Source: a phage. Taken from it: a DNA stretch of 50,192 nucleotides. Where the stretch lies: the sequence record PZ445416.1; one strand, given 5' to 3'. Positions 38,319-45,923 of the stretch are shown here, piece by piece (position 1 is the first letter of the stretch; every line of letters begins with the position of its first letter). The notes under the pieces were generated by a model. It did not search any database. It was not told the origin of the DNA and worked only from the letters and a program-made list of their open reading frames with translations. The translations under genes and the position numbers were made by a program.

Positions 38319-38682
38319 ACAATGCCTCCTTAACACGATCCGCAATGCAGGAGTTTACAGTGATTGAGTAGTTAGCCACGCCCCATAATGCAATATTGCC
38401 AAGCTCGGTACGCATTGATGGATTGTTAAGCTGGATTATTGTCTCTCCAGTATCATTATCAATAAAGCGAGACACGCCTAAATGGTCCACAGCGCGGGTT
38501 ACTCGGTTCACGCACTCCATTGCATCACTTACGCCGTAATAAGCGCTTAGAGCGGCTCTCACTCCATTCTCTTGCTTGTTGTAAATCTTGCGCGCAATGT
38601 TCTCGATCGCTACATTCTCTTTCTCGTCAGTCTGGATTGCTGTGCTTGCTGAGAAGTCTAGGTCTACGAATTGTTTAAACAT
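38311..38682 (-). CDS. hypothetical protein
   Basis: Start moved to MFKQF, at the canonical distance from Box-A cassette 38714-38756 with leader ACGAGG. Confidence 0.5.
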   Translation of the reverse strand: MFKQFVDLDFSASTAIQTDEKENVAIENIARKIYNKQENGVRAALSAYYGVSDAMECVNRVTRAVDHLGVSRFIDNDTGETIIQLNNPSMRTELGNIALWGVANYSITVNSCIADRVKEALYE

Positions 38683-38713
38683 GGTGATTACCTCGTTTTC
38701 TGTTGATGGGATG

Positions 38714-38756
38714 ACTATACCAGCCATCCTTGATGCGCGTTTAGCAATTTGTGCTA
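38714..38756 (-). promoter_or_regulatory. Box-A cassette (minus strand)
   Basis: Minus strand TAGCACAAATTGCTA, 22 bp, TGgTATAGT, IR GGATG/CATCC. Confidence 0.6.
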
Positions 38757-39092
38757 TTAAGCAATATCGAACTCAGCGGCGTACGCTTCTTTGAAGCCAG
38801 CTTCACGCATGGTGCGCTTACTGATTTTGCGCGGGAATTTGTACTGGCTGTTAGGCATCACCCACCAGAAGCAAGCTGTCTCGCGAACGATTTCATATTT
38901 ACCGTAACGAGTGAAGGTGTCGCGCTCCATGTCAGGCTGGTTAACACAGGTCAGGAATTTAACTTCCTTGTCTTCAGTTTTGATTTCTTCCCAAACGAAG
39001 GAGTCCATTCCGTTAACCTTGCAAGCAACCATGATGTACTCAAAGCCGTTTTCGATTTTGATGATTTCGTTACCGCGATTTTCGTATTTCAT
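38757..39092 (-). CDS. hypothetical protein
   Basis: 111 aa, RBS CAGGAG, downstream of Box-A cassette 39131-39173. Confidence 0.5.
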   Translation of the reverse strand: MKYENRGNEIIKIENGFEYIMVACKVNGMDSFVWEEIKTEDKEVKFLTCVNQPDMERDTFTRYGKYEIVRETACFWWVMPNSQYKFPRKISKRTMREAGFKEAYAAEFDIA

Positions 39093-39130
39093 TTTCTTGC
39101 TCCTGATGTGTATCTCGTTTCGATGAGGTA

Positions 39131-39173
39131 ATTATGCCAAATCACACCGATCGAGTTTTAACAAAAAGTGCTA
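39131..39173 (-). promoter_or_regulatory. Box-A cassette (minus strand)
   Basis: Minus strand TAGCACTTTTTGTTA (stop of the methyltransferase-like gene inside box), 22 bp, CATAAT, leader CCTCATCGAAACGAGA. Confidence 0.6.
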
Positions 39174-39862
39174 TCCGCGATCGCTTTAAAAAATCCCCTG
39201 GGTGATAGGGATCGTATCAACTTAGTTTTGGCAGATTTGCCGCCTAGCTTGCTGTGCTGCGCAGAGTACCCGTCAGGCAGGCTTACAGGTTTTCTTTCAG
39301 GCATGACAAAATCGTCAGAGGTCCACAGACAAGTTTTCTTCGGGTAAGCATCGCGCGGCGCAATATACATAGGGAACCAGGGATGCGCGTCATTCTCAGG
39401 AAGATAGCCGCCATACTCCCAGGGATTGAAGGAGTGATTTGGTTTTCTCCACACAGACGACAGGACGCTAACCGGATTCTCAATGATGTAAGTCACACCC
39501 AGGCTATCGCCAATGTTCGCGGCAATCCTTGCGGTGGCAACGGCCTTTTCCTGGAATAACGGATCGCGTTCACGCTTTCTTGCGAAGTGGGCGGCACCGC
39601 TAACAGCCAGGTCGGTACACGGAGGGAAAGCCATAATGAAATCCGGCTTGCCATACACACCAGCGATAGCATCACGCTCAAACGCTGCGTCAATGAACAC
39701 GTTCACATACTCAATGTTCGGATGCTCCACCCGGGCATTGTACTTTGCATAATCCCCGTGATCGGCTCCGTCAAAGTTGAAGCACATCACCTTGTGACCT
39801 TGCTTAGCCAGTTCATGACCAGCAAGACCGGAACCGTCGAATAGCGACCAGATTAATTTCAT
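39158..39862 (-). CDS. C5-cytosine methyltransferase-like protein
   Basis: Start moved to MKLIW after AGGAG; motif order FDGSG (I), FPPCTDLAVSG (IV, Thr in place of the usual Gln), IIENP (VI); short at 234 aa. Confidence 0.55.
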   Translation of the reverse strand: MKLIWSLFDGSGLAGHELAKQGHKVMCFNFDGADHGDYAKYNARVEHPNIEYVNVFIDAAFERDAIAGVYGKPDFIMAFPPCTDLAVSGAAHFARKRERDPLFQEKAVATARIAANIGDSLGVTYIIENPVSVLSSVWRKPNHSFNPWEYGGYLPENDAHPWFPMYIAPRDAYPKKTCLWTSDDFVMPERKPVSLPDGYSAQHSKLGGKSAKTKLIRSLSPRGFFKAIADSTFC

Positions 39863-39895
39863 TGCAAATCTCCTACTGATTGGTTGATGTGATGA

Positions 39896-39939
39896 ATCAT
39901 ACACTGCCAGCCTGACCAAGTCGTTAGCAAAAAATGCTA
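39896..39939 (-). promoter_or_regulatory. Box-A cassette (minus strand) upstream of C5-methyltransferase-like gene
   Basis: Minus strand perfect palindrome TAGCATTTTTTGCTA, 23 bp, TATGAT, leader CCAATCAGTAGGAG. Confidence 0.6.
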
Positions 39940-40020
39940 TTCCAATAGTTGCTCATTATTCCACCAGTAATGGAATATCTGGAATAATTGCGATCCCGAT
40001 TGATCTCGAATGATGAAATG

Positions 40021-40090
40021 TGATTGTTGCATGATGTGCAACTGTTGATGTGATTGTTGCTTGGAATGCAATGATTGTGAGAGGGAGGAT
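40021..40090. repeat. iteron-like direct repeats and short palindromes
   Basis: 13-mer ATGTGATTGTTGC at 40028 and 40058 (30-bp register), plus palindromes TTGCATGATGTGCAA and TTGC-N6-TGCAA. Confidence 0.55.
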
Positions 40091-40129
40091 TTAGTGTTAC
40101 CCGGTTCGCCTGGTGGTCATCTCCATTTT

Positions 40130-40144
40130 TAGCAAAACGTACTA
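40130..40144 (-). promoter_or_regulatory. isolated Box-A-like site within AT-rich hub
   Basis: Plus strand TAGCAAAACGTACTA (minus strand TAGTACGTTTTGCTA); no hexamer at the cassette position. Confidence 0.4.
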
Positions 40145-40230
40145 TCGATTACACTTTAACTTGTCACGATTGTAATATTTGTCTAGAATCGCACTTGTGA
40201 CAAAATTACGCACTGTGACGCATAACAATA

Positions 40231-40300
40231 GACATATAGATATATGTATATATATAATATATATAGTGTTTTTTTTATTTATATATATAGATAATCATAT
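40231..40300. repeat. TA-rich tract with element TATATAATATATATAG (second copy)
   Basis: TATATGTATATATATAATATATATAG...ATATATATAGATAAT inside the 630-bp non-coding hub between the divergent early clusters. Confidence 0.7.
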
Positions 40301-40548
40301 TGTAATAGTTGTGTATAGCTGTCTTACATTGTCTAGCGTACTGTTGGCATATTTCTATCTGCATGTTTATATATACAGTACTTTTTTGAGAGCTATATAT
40401 TTCTATGGTTACTCTAGACAGCTAGACAAATGTTACACGGCTTAAAATTGACTCGCAGGCATTGACAGCTCTACATCACGTTGTCACAATGGCAATTGTT
40501 GACACATTATGACGCCATTTACACACAAATAGACAAAGAGGATATATT

Positions 40549-41064
40549 ATGAGCAATACCAATCAGGAATTAAAAATCACCGATATGATTCGCCTAACCT
40601 GTGATGCAATGTACCGCGACAAAGGCATGACCGAGTTCTCTTTCGTGGCTGATGATATGGCCCTAGAAGCAGCGCGATTCTACTTCCGTGGCCAGGAGGT
40701 AAGCGATGCCGATCTTGAATCTGCCGCTGCCGGATGGGTGGACCAGAACCAGGGGGAGGTAGAGAAGCGATTCAAATCTGCTTTCATCACTCCAATCATT
40801 ACCCGACACTTTTGCAAGTATGGCAAGGTGGCAAAGGTGAAGGTAGGCCGGAATGACGCGGCAATCACGATGATAACCGTTATCGTTACAGACGAAGAGG
40901 TTCCAGTGAAGAAACGCCGTAGCCGGAAAAAAGTTAGCCTGGCCGACTGCCTGGACTCGTTTGATGTTGATGTTAGCAAGCTATCAGATAGCGAGTTAAT
41001 GGTTCGTGATGTGAATGAGATCGTGCGCCAGATGAAAGCGCATATTGAAAAGTGTGGACTGTAA
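40549..41064 (+). CDS. hypothetical protein (first gene of rightward early cluster)
   Basis: 171 aa, RBS AAAGAGGA, directly downstream of the AT-rich hub. Confidence 0.5.
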   Translation: MSNTNQELKITDMIRLTCDAMYRDKGMTEFSFVADDMALEAARFYFRGQEVSDADLESAAAGWVDQNQGEVEKRFKSAFITPIITRHFCKYGKVAKVKVGRNDAAITMITVIVTDEEVPVKKRRSRKKVSLADCLDSFDVDVSKLSDSELMVRDVNEIVRQMKAHIEKCGL

Positions 41065-41070
41065 GGAGAG

Positions 41071-41316
41071 ATGAGTATGAGCAAGATTAAGCATGACGCC
41101 CTGAAAGGTATCTTGATGCGACTAAACCCAGGCGAAGCATTCCAGCTTAACCCCGAGACGTTTGGATTCAATGGTGATTATCGTACAACCTTCGAATTTG
41201 TAAGGTATGTAAAGAAAGAGTTTGGATTCGAAGTTATTCACGCAGGTCTTATCAATGGCATCCAGACATTCATCTTTAAGCCAAATGAGATTCGTTGCTT
41301 CACGATGATGAAATAG
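41071..41316 (+). CDS. hypothetical protein
   Basis: 81 aa, RBS AAGGAGAG; its stop TAG is the first triplet of Box A at 41314. Confidence 0.5.
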   Translation: MSMSKIKHDALKGILMRLNPGEAFQLNPETFGFNGDYRTTFEFVRYVKKEFGFEVIHAGLINGIQTFIFKPNEIRCFTMMK

Positions 41317-41356
41317 CACTTTTTGTTAAAGCCCGGTCGAGCGGATCGGGTATTAT
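41314..41356 (+). promoter_or_regulatory. Box-A cassette
   Basis: TAGCACTTTTTGTTA, 22 bp, TATTAT, leader CATCGACACGATACAGAGGA. Confidence 0.6.
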
Positions 41357-41388
41357 CTTCTCATCGACACGATACAGAGGAATCGAAG

Positions 41389-41583
41389 ATGGAAATGCAA
41401 ATTGATGTGGTTGTTGTTCAGCGCGACTCAACTCATGAAAAGGGTCTGTTCAAGAAAGGAACCGAAATCACGATCGACCTTGAGGATATGGTTGCATATC
41501 ACTCGGGCCTTACCTGGAACGTGGTGCGCGTAGGCAGCGACTACAAACTCAAAGGCTTTAACACTTACTTTGCGGAGGTTTAA
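41389..41583 (+). CDS. hypothetical protein
   Basis: Start moved to MEMQID after CAGAGGAA, at canonical cassette distance. Confidence 0.5.
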   Translation: MEMQIDVVVVQRDSTHEKGLFKKGTEITIDLEDMVAYHSGLTWNVVRVGSDYKLKGFNTYFAEV

Positions 41584-41585
41584 TC

Positions 41586-42056
41586 ATGGCGACAATTACC
41601 GTATTCCTGGCTAAAGATGAGATTGATGGCGAAATGTCATTCTTCGCGTTTGAGCACAAGACCGGATCGCACTGGCACATGTACAGTCACTACACGGTTA
41701 TTGATATCAACTCATACGCTTGCGATTCGCTAAATGAAAAACTTGGTCGATTCATTGAGCATGTTAAATTAAGAGATGGTGGCGAGTGGAATGATAAGCA
41801 TGAAGGTCGACGCATGTGTGACATGATTGATCCTGTTTATCTGGAGTCGTTCGAGCTTGATGCTGATGTTGCCATTAAGGTGAGAAAGTCGGGTGAATTG
41901 TTGCCAGGGATGCGTGTGCTGACTGGTTACTCGGGCCGTAAGGTGTGGCGCACTGTATCCAAGATTCGCCAGCGTTCGGCAACATGCTATAGCGTATTCT
42001 TTGATGATGGTTGGAATATGATTTCCGGCAGTGAGGTAAAGTATCTCACCAAATAG
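41586..42056 (+). CDS. hypothetical protein
   Basis: 156 aa; stop TAG is the first triplet of Box A at 42054. Confidence 0.5.
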   Translation: MATITVFLAKDEIDGEMSFFAFEHKTGSHWHMYSHYTVIDINSYACDSLNEKLGRFIEHVKLRDGGEWNDKHEGRRMCDMIDPVYLESFELDADVAIKVRKSGELLPGMRVLTGYSGRKVWRTVSKIRQRSATCYSVFFDDGWNMISGSEVKYLTK

Positions 42057-42096
42057 CACGAATTGTTAAAACCGGATCGGGGTATCTTGCTATAGT
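42054..42096 (+). promoter_or_regulatory. Box-A cassette
   Basis: TAGCACGAATTGTTA, 22 bp with IR GGGGTA/TACCCC, TGcTATAGT. Confidence 0.6.
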
Positions 42097-42134
42097 TACC
42101 CCATCAAAACGAGATACCAATCAGAGGATTCACC

Positions 42135-42365
42135 ATGTCAATCGTCAAGAACCAACAAGCCATCGACTCAACCAGCCACAACCGCTTTGCTATTTTCATC
42201 ACATCTATAGGTCGCCGATTTGCAGTTAAGGCCGCGCCTGGTGGATACAAAACATACATGGAGGATAACGGGAAATGGGTGTGGTGCGAAAACCTAGCCA
42301 ACTTCCTGGTATGGAACGCAGACCTGCAAGGATTCGATGATATCAGCACTTTAATTGAGGAGTAA
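42135..42365 (+). CDS. hypothetical protein
   Basis: 76 aa, leader CCAATCAGAGGA. Confidence 0.5.
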   Translation: MSIVKNQQAIDSTSHNRFAIFITSIGRRFAVKAAPGGYKTYMEDNGKWVWCENLANFLVWNADLQGFDDISTLIEE

Positions 42366-42371
42366 ATAATA

Positions 42372-42599
42372 ATGCCACGTTACAGTAACCTAACCAAACT
42401 AGTCCGCGTCAACGGGCATATGATCCCGGCTAAATCTACTCACTGCGCGAAAGGCGCAAAGCACGGATTATATTTCAAGTGGCGCGGTCAATGGAACTTC
42501 ACGGCGGTGAGCAATTTTTACATGCGAGTTCCAGGTGATGACCCGCAATCGGTAGTAGAAAACTCAATAGGTGACAACAAGATCGAGGTGCTAAAATGA
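42372..42599 (+). CDS. hypothetical protein
   Basis: 75 aa, basic and Cys/His-containing. Confidence 0.45.
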   Translation: MPRYSNLTKLVRVNGHMIPAKSTHCAKGAKHGLYFKWRGQWNFTAVSNFYMRVPGDDPQSVVENSIGDNKIEVLK

Positions 42600-42706
42600 A
42601 CTTCAATACAATAGCTCTATGGTCTGCCGTCTGGTTCTTCTGCATGGGTCACGTTATGGTCGGCATCGTGGTAATGCTTCTCCTGTGCGCGGGGGCGTTC
42701 GAATGA
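42596..42706 (+). CDS. putative small membrane peptide (36 aa)
   Basis: ATGA overlap with upstream stop; almost entirely hydrophobic (ALWSAVWFFCMGHVMVGIVVMLLL); absent from the supplied track. Confidence 0.35.
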   Translation: MNFNTIALWSAVWFFCMGHVMVGIVVMLLLCAGAFE

Positions 42707-42876
42707 TGCGAATATTGATTTGCATGATGGCGGCTGTCGCCCTGGCTATCCTGGTAGTGTCCGGCTGCGGCGAGGTCAAAGAGCGATGCCATGAAACCGG
42801 GAGCCAGGCTACTACTTTCGTGATGGTTGGCAACGTTTTGCTACCAATCACATCAAATGAAATCACTTGCGAATAG
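42703..42876 (+). CDS. putative small lipoprotein (57 aa)
   Basis: Start MMRIL overlaps the previous stop; signal peptide with lipobox-like VVSGC. Confidence 0.4.
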   Translation: MMRILICMMAAVALAILVVSGCGEVKERCHETGSQATTFVMVGNVLLPITSNEITCE

Positions 42877-42884
42877 AGGTTAAT

Positions 42885-43076
42885 ATGGCTGACTTTATGC
42901 ACCAAATGATTGCAGTATTCAAAGGTAGCGAAGATGAGGAAGTAAAAGAGTGCTTTACTGTCGACAAGCCTTATAACGCTTCTCTGACCAGCTTCGGTAA
43001 CATCTCATTGCTTGATGATAATGGCGACCCCTGGGTATTCGATGAAGATACGGATTGCTTCGAAATTAAAGAATAG
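42885..43076 (+). CDS. hypothetical acidic protein
   Basis: Start at MADFMHQ after AGAGG; stop TAG is the first triplet of Box A at 43074. Confidence 0.5.
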   Translation: MADFMHQMIAVFKGSEDEEVKECFTVDKPYNASLTSFGNISLLDDNGDPWVFDEDTDCFEIKE

Positions 43077-43116
43077 CACTTTTTGTTAAAACGCGATCAT
43101 ATGGTTGCGATATAGT
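43074..43116 (+). promoter_or_regulatory. Box-A cassette
   Basis: TAGCACTTTTTGTTA, 22 bp, TATAGT, leader CACATCAACAACGAATGAGGA. Confidence 0.6.
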
Positions 43117-43147
43117 AACCACATCAACAACGAATGAGGACGAGAAC

Positions 43148-43636
43148 ATGAAAATTAAATTACTGTGCACTGGAGGTTACAAAGGCTTTACTCGCAACCT
43201 GGAGTCAGACCCGATTATCGTTGACGCTGTGAAGTGTGATGATAGCACGGGCGGCTACCGTGTTAAGGTTGACGATCTGGTAAAAGCTGGCGTGTACGAT
43301 CTGGATTATGGACTTTCGGTTAGCCCGGTAGTCGGTCCGGCAGACTTCAATGAGAAAAACGGAACGATGTTCTTCTTCGAGTGGGAAGTCCAGGCAAATC
43401 CTAAGCCGCGCAAGGTTCGACTTCTCAATAGTGGCGGATACCCGATGCGCTCGGGGTATGAGAACCGCACGTTCCCGGTTATCGTTGATTTTGAAGAAAT
43501 CACTAGCAACCTGGCATACGTTAACGATGAGCAGTTGCGAGCGGTTGGATTTGTCGGCGGTATGAATAAAGAGGCGCTCTGCTTCTTCCATCGAGATCCA
43601 GAACCGTTCGATATTGAGTGCGAGTTAGTTTACTAA
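43148..43636 (+). CDS. hypothetical protein
   Basis: 162 aa; stop TAA overlaps Box A at 43635. Confidence 0.5.
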   Translation: MKIKLLCTGGYKGFTRNLESDPIIVDAVKCDDSTGGYRVKVDDLVKAGVYDLDYGLSVSPVVGPADFNEKNGTMFFFEWEVQANPKPRKVRLLNSGGYPMRSGYENRTFPVIVDFEEITSNLAYVNDEQLRAVGFVGGMNKEALCFFHRDPEPFDIECELVY

Positions 43637-43677
43637 GCACGAATTGTTAAAAGGGGATTTGTCCTGACTGGTATAAT
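43635..43677 (+). promoter_or_regulatory. Box-A cassette
   Basis: AAGCACGAATTGTTA, 22 bp with IR GGGGATT/AATCCCC, TGgTATAAT. Confidence 0.6.
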
Positions 43678-43707
43678 CCCCACATCAACCACTAAGAGGA
43701 AAGCATC

Positions 43708-44214
43708 ATGTTAAAATTAGAATACGTAAAATTCCCGATTAAATTTATCAGCCTGGGTTGCGGTGAAATTACACTCACCAGTGAAGATAAAGGCAAGTGG
43801 GCCACTGATGAGGTGTCTCAGCTTAAGTTGGATTGGTTTATCAATCGGCACAATGAAGTAAATCCTGAAAACTCAGCCAAGAAGGATTACCATTACATTA
43901 TTAGTGGTAGTCAGGATGCGTACGGAAAGTATGATGGTTGGAAAACTGATCGATCCATCTTCCACCCCGCAAAGCCAGAAATTAAACCGATGTTACAATG
44001 CACTCAGATCGAGAACATGCCATTGAGCGCTACGCTAAAGGGCGTCCAACTTGATAGCGAATCCTGGACCGAGATTACCGCCACACCTAAAACTATTGAG
44101 GTGCATGATGATGTAGTGATTCTCCTATTGCATTACGGCAGCTTTAAGCACAAAACGGTATCAGGTGAAATAAGCATTAAGCGCGGAACACTTGTACGCT
44201 ATGAGGTGAAATAA
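43708..44214 (+). CDS. hypothetical protein
   Basis: 168 aa; RBS AAGAGGAAAG. Confidence 0.5.
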   Translation: MLKLEYVKFPIKFISLGCGEITLTSEDKGKWATDEVSQLKLDWFINRHNEVNPENSAKKDYHYIISGSQDAYGKYDGWKTDRSIFHPAKPEIKPMLQCTQIENMPLSATLKGVQLDSESWTEITATPKTIEVHDDVVILLLHYGSFKHKTVSGEISIKRGTLVRYEVK

Positions 44215-44363
44215 TGGCGGCGTGGATTTTGATTATCTTGATGAGTACCGGGCCGGATCACGTATACATGGAAAGTCAGCAATCATGCAACAAGGCTCGG
44301 GAAGTAATTGCAGAGAGCAAGCCGTTCGGATACGAAGTAAAAACGATGTGCGTTAAACGATAG
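44214..44363 (+). CDS. small hypothetical protein (49 aa)
   Basis: ATG overlaps upstream TAA; hydrophobic N-terminus (AAWILIILMS); stop TAG is the first triplet of Box A at 44361; absent from the track. Confidence 0.35.
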   Translation: MAAWILIILMSTGPDHVYMESQQSCNKAREVIAESKPFGYEVKTMCVKR

Positions 44364-44403
44364 CACGAATTGCTAAACCTTCCGCAAGGCCATTTGATAT
44401 AGT
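44361..44403 (+). promoter_or_regulatory. Box-A cassette
   Basis: TAGCACGAATTGCTA, 22 bp with IR AAGGCCA/TGGCCTT, TGaTATAGT. Confidence 0.6.
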
Positions 44404-44443
44404 GGCCTTATTGAAGCAAGGCAACCAATCAGAGGAATCAGCT

Positions 44444-44650
44444 ATGGCTACACGACTAACTCAGTGGCAGATTTACGACAAGGCCTCACACCTTCGTGAA
44501 TCGCTTCGCGGACTGGCACCGAACGACCGCATGGAGATTATCGGGCACGCATTGCACGAACTCACGTCTCAGGACGTAATCTATCACTCATGCGGCAATA
44601 AATTCTGGAACGTGACATTCGAGGTAAAGAAAGATGAGCAAAACTCATAA
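44444..44650 (+). CDS. hypothetical protein
   Basis: Start moved to MATRLTQ after CCAATCAGAGGA. Confidence 0.5.
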   Translation: MATRLTQWQIYDKASHLRESLRGLAPNDRMEIIGHALHELTSQDVIYHSCGNKFWNVTFEVKKDEQNS

Positions 44651-44921
44651 GTTAAAAATCTCCCCGGTACATTTCATTGGTGTAATGAACGGAACCAAAA
44701 CGGCAGAGTTCCGCGTCAATGACCGCAACTTCCAGGTTGGTGATATCCTTGAGCTACGCGAGTTCGATCGTGACGAGCTTACCGGGTGGGAAGTTCACGC
44801 CAGGGTGTCCGATGTTACAGATGTGACGCCATACATCAATCGCGGTTATGACGAGCAAGAATGCGACTTCACGCAGTACGTGATGTTATCAATCAAGCCC
44901 TACAGGAAGATTAGACCATGA
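44634..44921 (+). CDS. ASCH / DUF3850-like protein (PUA-like fold)
   Basis: HKLKISPVHFIGVMNGTKTAEFRVNDRNFQVGDILELRE resembles the DUF3850/ASCH signature as I remember it. Confidence 0.55.
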   Translation: MSKTHKLKISPVHFIGVMNGTKTAEFRVNDRNFQVGDILELREFDRDELTGWEVHARVSDVTDVTPYINRGYDEQECDFTQYVMLSIKPYRKIRP

Positions 44922-45556
44922 AATTTGAGTGTGTATCGAGTAGCGGATCTGGTTTTAAGTGGGGAAAAACTTACAAAGGTGTTCGCGTAAATGATGACAG
45001 CTTCATCATTACTGATGAGAACGGTTGCAACGTGAACGTTGTACGGCGTCACGAATATCAGGAAATTTTCCTGCCTTATGGCGGTAGCTCAAAATATATC
45101 TTCCATCGAATCGTGGATGGTGTTAAATTTAACGACGTAATCGAAGCAATCAACCAACTGCATAATAAAGAGGTAAAATTTATGAAATTCGAATGTATCA
45201 GCGATAACACCAAAAAATTTACTGTTGGAAAAATCTATGACGTTCCATCTGAGCACGCTAAGCACACGACTGTAATTACCGATGACACGGGCCATAACCG
45301 CATCGCAACGATCACTCACAATGGTGAGGGTCTTCGTTGGAACAGTGGCGGCACTAAGTTCGCAACTTTCGGTAAGAAGAGTAAGCGCACTTTCTGCGTC
45401 AACGACAAGATCAATACCAGCAAGATTAGCAACGTCAAGCCTATTAATGTTGACCGCAAGCCAGCGATGAAGTTTGAAGAGAAAGCGGATTTATCCATCC
45501 TGGCTGTGGCGCTTGTTCTCCTGGTGGCTTCGATTTCGCTGATGTTCATCATGTAA
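44918..45556 (+). CDS. membrane-anchored protein with internal tandem repeat
   Basis: Residues 1-90 and 91-180 both begin MKFEC(V/I)S... and share G(K)xYxxV; C-terminal TM helix ILAVALVLLVASISLMFIM. Confidence 0.55.
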   Translation: MKFECVSSSGSGFKWGKTYKGVRVNDDSFIITDENGCNVNVVRRHEYQEIFLPYGGSSKYIFHRIVDGVKFNDVIEAINQLHNKEVKFMKFECISDNTKKFTVGKIYDVPSEHAKHTTVITDDTGHNRIATITHNGEGLRWNSGGTKFATFGKKSKRTFCVNDKINTSKISNVKPINVDRKPAMKFEEKADLSILAVALVLLVASISLMFIM

Positions 45557-45609
45557 TTTCAATTGGGAATCGGCTCTGAACGGTTCCCCTTTCTTTTGGA
45601 GAAAACACT

Positions 45610-45720
45610 ATGCCAGACTTTTCTAACTGGAATAACGAGCCACCATCATTTCAGGATTTGCTATTCTGCCTCCTGGTCCTGACATTATCTCTTAAGGGTG
45701 TTTTATGGCTACTATCATGA
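45610..45720 (+). CDS. possible small hydrophobic peptide (36 aa)
   Basis: ORF MPDFSNWNNEPPSFQDLLFCLLVLTLSLKGVLWLLS with upstream GGAG; overlaps the start of 45705-45923 in another frame, so only one may be real. Confidence 0.25.
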   Translation: MPDFSNWNNEPPSFQDLLFCLLVLTLSLKGVLWLLS

Positions 45721-45923
45721 CAGCAGAAGATGCAGCGCGTGACGCAGTGGAAGGAATGCGCCCAAATACCTCCAGAATCGCACACTACTACAAATCTGAG
45801 GTGTCGGCAGTGCAATTGGTCCACGAAATTTTAATGCTACCACAAGTCGATTCAGCGCGCGTGGTGACGTGCTTAAAAAATTATTTTTGCATCACTATTA
45901 AAACGAATAGCACGAATTGCTAA
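45705..45923 (+). CDS. hypothetical protein
   Basis: 72 aa; stop TAA lies inside Box A at 45908-45922. Confidence 0.35.
   Translation: MATIMTAEDAARDAVEGMRPNTSRIAHYYKSEVSAVQLVHEILMLPQVDSARVVTCLKNYFCITIKTNSTNC

Noticed and set aside
39254-39844. Plus-strand ORFs opposite the C5-methyltransferase-like gene
   Set aside because: Antisense to a gene supported by ordered methyltransferase motifs, RBS and a cassette; no independent translation signals.
39940-40127. 31-aa minus-strand ORF in the hub whose stop TAG coincides with Box A at 39925-39939
   Set aside because: No RBS, and it lies within iteron-like repeats. The stop/Box A coincidence is intriguing, but the evidence for a coding gene is insufficient.
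40179-40445. 88-aa ORF across the TA-rich tract
   Set aside because: Translation is a run of I/Y/F/L codons produced by TA-rich DNA; no RBS; the region is better explained as a regulatory or origin element.
43708-44214. RNA/DNA ligase suggested by the motif KYDG
   Set aside because: The protein is only 168 aa and lacks the other nucleotidyltransferase motifs; a four-residue match is expected by chance.
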